Source of the DNA: Trichormus sp. ATA11-4-KO1
Lineage (GTDB): Bacteria; Cyanobacteriota; Cyanobacteriia; Cyanobacteriales; Nostocaceae
DNA: 64,000 nucleotides
Assembly (NCBI GenBank): GCA_019358915.1
Contig: JAHHIM010000025.1
Coordinates: 8,377-72,376, forward strand
Reading direction: 5' to 3'
Shown in pieces: positions 60,064-64,000 of this stretch. The notes under the pieces are model-generated. The model had not been told where the DNA came from, made no database searches, and saw only the letters and a list, made by a program, of their open reading frames with translations. Numbering within the stretch: the stretch's first letter is position 1; each line of letters opens with the position of its first letter. The position numbers and the translations under genes are program-made.

Positions 60064-61527
60064 ATGAGCTTTTCCGGCGTTACTGTCGAACATCGTTCTC
60101 AAGAAGTTGAGGCTCTCAGGAGTTTCCTGATTTACAGTCTGATTGGCTCGCTAGCGCTACATATCGGCGTGCTGTCCTCAGGCATAGGCAATTTTTTGAT
60201 GAGAGTGCCTCAGGAAATAGATGAACCAATAGAGGTGGCAATTATTGATACTCCGGCTGAGGAACCAGAAAAACCACCCGAAGTGATTCCAGAAGAAATA
60301 AAAATACCAGAACCGAGCAAGATTATTACCAGTAACGAGACACCAGGAAGTCCGGGAAAAAGTGAAATTGCCCTGGAGTCCAAGCCACAGATTACTACCC
60401 CATCGCCTGTAGTTCCACCGCCGCCACAACAGACTAAGGTAGCCACTGAGAAGCCACAGCCAACAAGTACGCCACCAAAGGATATTGCTGCCAGGCTAGA
60501 ATCTATACTTACTTCGCAATCATCACAATCAACAATTGTTGCTCCTCCTACAAATCAAGGTAGTGAAAAACTTAGAGCAGCATTAAGCGGACTAAGAGAT
60601 TCTAGAGAAAGTCAAACTAGCAGTGTCGAGTCAAATCAACCCAGTAGCACAAATTCAGTCCCTCAAGCAAGTACTCCCAGCACTAACAATACACGAGTAA
60701 AGCGACCGCCAATAGCGGCAGCACCAACAACACCACAGATTAGAACTGAGTCAGAAAATAATCGTGGCGGTAATTCTAGGGGTGCAGGTAATGGTCGTGC
60801 AGATTGCAGCCAGTGCAATGCCAGCTATCCAGAGTTTGCCAAACGGCAAGGAATTGAAGGCAGAGTAGAGGTAGCTGTTGATACGGATGCCAAAGGTAAT
60901 GTCACTAATGTGCGGATTGTTAACTCTAGTGGTAACAGCAGATTAGACGAAGAAACCTTGAGACAAGCCCGTAATTGGAAATTAAAACCCGCAGAGGGTG
61001 GTAGACAAGGAGTGTCCATAGCCACCGAATTTGCTCTTCAAGGTTCACAGCGATACCGCCAAGTCCAAGAACGGAAAAGACAACAAGAAGCGCAAGCAAG
61101 AGAGAGAAGTCGCCAAAGAGCGGCATCTAGCCCCAGTTCTCCATCTGAGACAAGCACTCCTGCGGCCAATACCACCAGCCAACCCAGAACCAGACGAGAA
61201 ACTACACCAGCTGCTAAACCAGCCCCAGTCACCAGACCCGCAGCAGCAACACCAGTCAGAGAACCACGCCAACCTGTACAAAACACTGCCGCAGGCTCAT
61301 CATCTGGAACTAGGACTACTCCTACTCCTAGCCAAAGAAATGTCAGAGAGTCTTTACGCAATGTCCGGCGTCAGCGAACCTCTAATAATTCTGCACAACA
61401 GTCACAACCAAGTGCAAATCGGCGTCCACGACCCACAGCAAATACATCATCTCCAAGTCAGAATAATTTGCGAAATTCGTTACGCCGTAGTCGCCAAGCA
61501 GATCCAGAAGCGACAAGTCAGGAGTAG
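60064..61527 (+). CDS. tonB: Energy transducer TonB-family protein
   Basis: N-terminal SLALH TM helix, Pro-rich linker, YPEFAKRQGIEGRVEV...SSGNSRLDE TonB_C domain, disordered tail. Confidence 0.88.
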   Translation: MSFSGVTVEHRSQEVEALRSFLIYSLIGSLALHIGVLSSGIGNFLMRVPQEIDEPIEVAIIDTPAEEPEKPPEVIPEEIKIPEPSKIITSNETPGSPGKSEIALESKPQITTPSPVVPPPPQQTKVATEKPQPTSTPPKDIAARLESILTSQSSQSTIVAPPTNQGSEKLRAALSGLRDSRESQTSSVESNQPSSTNSVPQASTPSTNNTRVKRPPIAAAPTTPQIRTESENNRGGNSRGAGNGRADCSQCNASYPEFAKRQGIEGRVEVAVDTDAKGNVTNVRIVNSSGNSRLDEETLRQARNWKLKPAEGGRQGVSIATEFALQGSQRYRQVQERKRQQEAQARERSRQRAASSPSSPSETSTPAANTTSQPRTRRETTPAAKPAPVTRPAAATPVREPRQPVQNTAAGSSSGTRTTPTPSQRNVRESLRNVRRQRTSNNSAQQSQPSANRRPRPTANTSSPSQNNLRNSLRRSRQADPEATSQE

Positions 61528-61613
61528 ATTTATACTAGTAACTTTGGTGTCTTGGTGCCTTTGTGGTTAAACAATTGACTCTGAAACCGCTAAGACACCC
61601 ATTAAACAAAATG

Positions 61614-62306
61614 TCATGAGTCAGGCTCAATTCCCAGCGCCCTTAATTGGGCTGCTAATTTCTCAGCGCGTTGTTCAGCATTTTTCGCCCGTTCTGCACC
61701 AGTTGGTAAAATATAACCTTCTTGATCACACCAGCGTAGCCAAATATCTTGCTTGCTTTCAAACACACCTTCCCATAAAGTCAGTCCTAAACCCACCTCT
61801 GCCAGCCAAAAAGTTTCCATCTCAATATAATGTCTCACTTCCAGCTGATAAGTTCGTAGTATTTGCTCTCCTAACATTTGCAGAGGATCAAACACAGCAT
61901 AGTATCCTACTCCTATACGGGCATAATCTCTCAACTTATTGCCCAGTTCATTACCTTCACAGTTAGAGACAATTTCTATGACTACATCAGGTGCTTTGCC
62001 AAACTCCCAAACAAAATAAGAGCGATTCTTTTTTTGTTGCCAGTCTTCAGGCATGGTAACTTCCAAGCTGAGAAATATATCTGGTACAAGTGGCGGTAAA
62101 CCAATACTATAAAATAACCCCACATTGGCAGCTGCGATAAATGTCTCTGAATGACTAGGAGAAAACCAAGAACTATATAAAACTTCCGTTAACAAGCGCT
62201 GTTGCTTTTCGGAGCGAAAGTTATCCACAGGTGTATCATCTTCAATAACTAGCTGGCTAATGTCTGGTGCGGGAGCAATATCAGTTGGTAAAGCTTCTTG
62301 AACCAT
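61614..62306 (-). CDS. Uma2-family endonuclease
   Basis: EDDTPVDN, LVPDIFLS, KAPDVVIEIVS, YYAVFDP, AEKLAAQLRALGIEPD. ATG at 62306 avoids overlap with miaB. Confidence 0.92.
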   Translation of the reverse strand: MVQEALPTDIAPAPDISQLVIEDDTPVDNFRSEKQQRLLTEVLYSSWFSPSHSETFIAAANVGLFYSIGLPPLVPDIFLSLEVTMPEDWQQKKNRSYFVWEFGKAPDVVIEIVSNCEGNELGNKLRDYARIGVGYYAVFDPLQMLGEQILRTYQLEVRHYIEMETFWLAEVGLGLTLWEGVFESKQDIWLRWCDQEGYILPTGAERAKNAEQRAEKLAAQLRALGIEPDS

Positions 62307-62402
62307 CAGGGCGATCGCCTCCTCAATCAGGTTACCTTTTCTATACTTTAATAGAATAGGAGTAAAGCTTATATACATTAAACCAACTAACCATAATTGC
62401 CC

Positions 62403-63767
62403 ATGACCACTTCTAAACGCCGCTATCACATTACTACTTTCGGTTGTCAAATGAATAAAGCCGACTCAGAGCGCATGGCTGGTATTTTAGAAGATATGGG
62501 CTTTGAGTTCGTGGAAGATCCTAATAATGCAGATTTGATTCTCTACAATACCTGTACAATTCGGGACAATGCCGAACAAAAAGTGTATTCTTACCTCGGT
62601 AGACAAGCCAAGCGCAAGCATGAGCAGCCTGATTTAACATTAATTGTTGCTGGTTGCGTTGCTCAGCAAGAAGGAGAAACTTTGTTGCGACGAGTGCCAG
62701 AATTGGACTTGGTAATGGGGCCGCAACATGCCAACCGTCTCCAAGATTTGTTGACATCGGTTTTAGACGGGAACCAAGTTGTAGCAACTGAGCCAGTTCA
62801 CATTATGGAAAATATCACCCAACCGCGACGAGACAGCAAAGTTACTGCTTGGGTGAATGTAATTTACGGCTGTAATGAACGTTGCACTTATTGTGTAGTT
62901 CCCAATGTCCGTGGTGTAGAACAATCCCGTACACCGGAAGCTATTCGCGCTGAAATGGTAGAACTCGGACGGCAAGGTTACAAGGAAGTTACCTTACTCG
63001 GTCAAAATATTGATGCTTATGGTAGAGACTTGCCGGGTGCAACCCCAGAAGGTCGCCATCTGTATACATTCACAGATTTACTGTATTATGTGCATGATGT
63101 ACCAGGAATTGAACGGTTAAGATTTGCTACTAGTCACCCGCGTTATTTTACTGAGAGACTAATTCAAGCTTGTGCCGATTTGCCCAAAATCTGTGAACAC
63201 TTCCATATTCCCTTTCAATCTGGGGACAACGAAGTATTGAAAGCGATGTCGCGGGGTTATACCCATGAGAAATATCGCCGGATTATTGATACTATTCGCC
63301 AGTATATGCCCGATGCATCGATTAGTGGCGATGCGATTGTGGGTTTTCCTGGGGAAACAGAAGCACAATTTGAACATACCCTGAAACTTGTAGAAGATAT
63401 TGGCTTTGACCTGTTGAACACAGCAGCATATTCGCCACGTCCTGGGACACCAGCTGCTTTATGGAAAAATCAACTAAGTGAAGAAGTGAAAAGCGATCGC
63501 CTACAAAGATTAAACCATTTAGTTAACGTCAAAGCAGCCGAGCGATCGCAGCGTTACTTTGGACGCATTGAAGAAGTCTTGGTAGAAGACCAAAACTCCA
63601 AAGATAAAACTCAGGTAATGGGACGTACACGCGGTAATCGTTTGACTTTCTTTACTGGCGACATCAACGAATTGAAAGGGCAGTTGGTGAAAGTGAAGAT
63701 TACTGAAGTTCGCGCTTTTAGTTTGACAGGTAAACCCATAGAGACGCAACAAGCAGTACCTGCTTAA
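62403..63767 (+). CDS. miaB: tRNA i6A37 methylthiotransferase
   Basis: [31 protein letters not shown] radical-SAM motif, C-terminal TRAM domain. Confidence 0.97.
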   Translation: MTTSKRRYHITTFGCQMNKADSERMAGILEDMGFEFVEDPNNADLILYNTCTIRDNAEQKVYSYLGRQAKRKHEQPDLTLIVAGCVAQQEGETLLRRVPELDLVMGPQHANRLQDLLTSVLDGNQVVATEPVHIMENITQPRRDSKVTAWVNVIYGCNERCTYCVVPNVRGVEQSRTPEAIRAEMVELGRQGYKEVTLLGQNIDAYGRDLPGATPEGRHLYTFTDLLYYVHDVPGIERLRFATSHPRYFTERLIQACADLPKICEHFHIPFQSGDNEVLKAMSRGYTHEKYRRIIDTIRQYMPDASISGDAIVGFPGETEAQFEHTLKLVEDIGFDLLNTAAYSPRPGTPAALWKNQLSEEVKSDRLQRLNHLVNVKAAERSQRYFGRIEEVLVEDQNSKDKTQVMGRTRGNRLTFFTGDINELKGQLVKVKITEVRAFSLTGKPIETQQAVPA

Positions 63768-63896
63768 TGGTTCCTGAAACAGCTACATGAGTTTAGAGAA
63801 GAAAATATTAAAGCTTATCCCTCATTTGTCACTTTGGGAGAATCCAATCGCTCAAAGTGACAAATGTTATAAACAGTAGTAAAAGTAGCAAAAAAG

Positions 63897-63927
63897 AAAA
63901 CCCCCCAGAGAGATTCTGGGGGGTTTT
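63897..63927 (-). terminator. Intrinsic terminator downstream of 5S rRNA
   Basis: aaaaccccccaga-gagat-tctggggggtttt, with a long T-run on the minus strand. Confidence 0.85.
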
Positions 63928-63940
63928 CTAGGAGTAATAA

Positions 63941-64000
63941 ACCTGGCATCGAGCTATTTTGGCGTTCGGCTACCCGAAAACTATCGTCGCCGCAGCAGCG
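63941..64000 (-). rRNA. rrf: 5S rRNA, 3' half (continues beyond the window)
   Basis: Reverse complement cgctgctgcggcgacgatagttttcgggtagccgaacgccaaaatagctcgatgccagg matches the cyanobacterial 5S 3' half and is followed by a terminator. Confidence 0.92.

Noticed and set aside
61031..61570. 179-aa alternative-frame ORF and several antisense ORFs within tonB
   Set aside because: Shadow frames of a low-complexity Pro/Ser/Thr/Arg-rich coding region.
62307..62450. N-terminal extension of the Uma2 ORF
   Set aside because: Would overlap the divergent miaB start; the family-like sequence begins at MVQEAL (62306).
21946..63767. miaE and miaB as a functional cluster
   Set aside because: Same tRNA modification pathway but 40 kb apart; co-occurrence is likely coincidental.
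1..64000. CRISPR array or cas genes
   Set aside because: No run of 25-40-bp repeats with unique spacers was seen. The repeats are 7-8-mer tandems or dispersed two-copy elements, and no Cas motifs appear.

Overview
Chromosomal segment of a filamentous, very probably heterocystous (Nostocales-type) cyanobacterium. Support: frequent HIP1 octamers (GCGATCGC), heptameric STRR tandem repeats, an xisH/xisI pair, Uma2 and DUF6887 genes, and cyanobacterial-type argZ/agrE, fused panC-cmk and cruA-like genes. Most of the window is core or near-core: menB, murG, miaE, miaB, rlpA, panC-cmk, SOD, glsA, argZ, tonB, glycerate kinase, three histidine kinases, a REC-GGDEF protein, and the 3' end of a 5S rRNA at the right edge. 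I found no CRISPR array, intact transposase, prophage or recognisable defence operon. Most worth follow-up: (i) a coupled CHASE/PAS/LOV/GAF hybrid kinase plus diguanylate cyclase; (ii) two tandem Gly-zipper proteins with amphipathic-helix repeats; (iii) a P450 lacking the I-helix acid-alcohol pair; (iv) a leader with alternative folds before an AT-rich phosphotransferase gene; (v) several very small mobile repeats, some nested in each other and some in frame within proteins; (vi) relics of an integrase element and of an IS701-like insertion. All calls come from reading motifs by eye; no searches were run.
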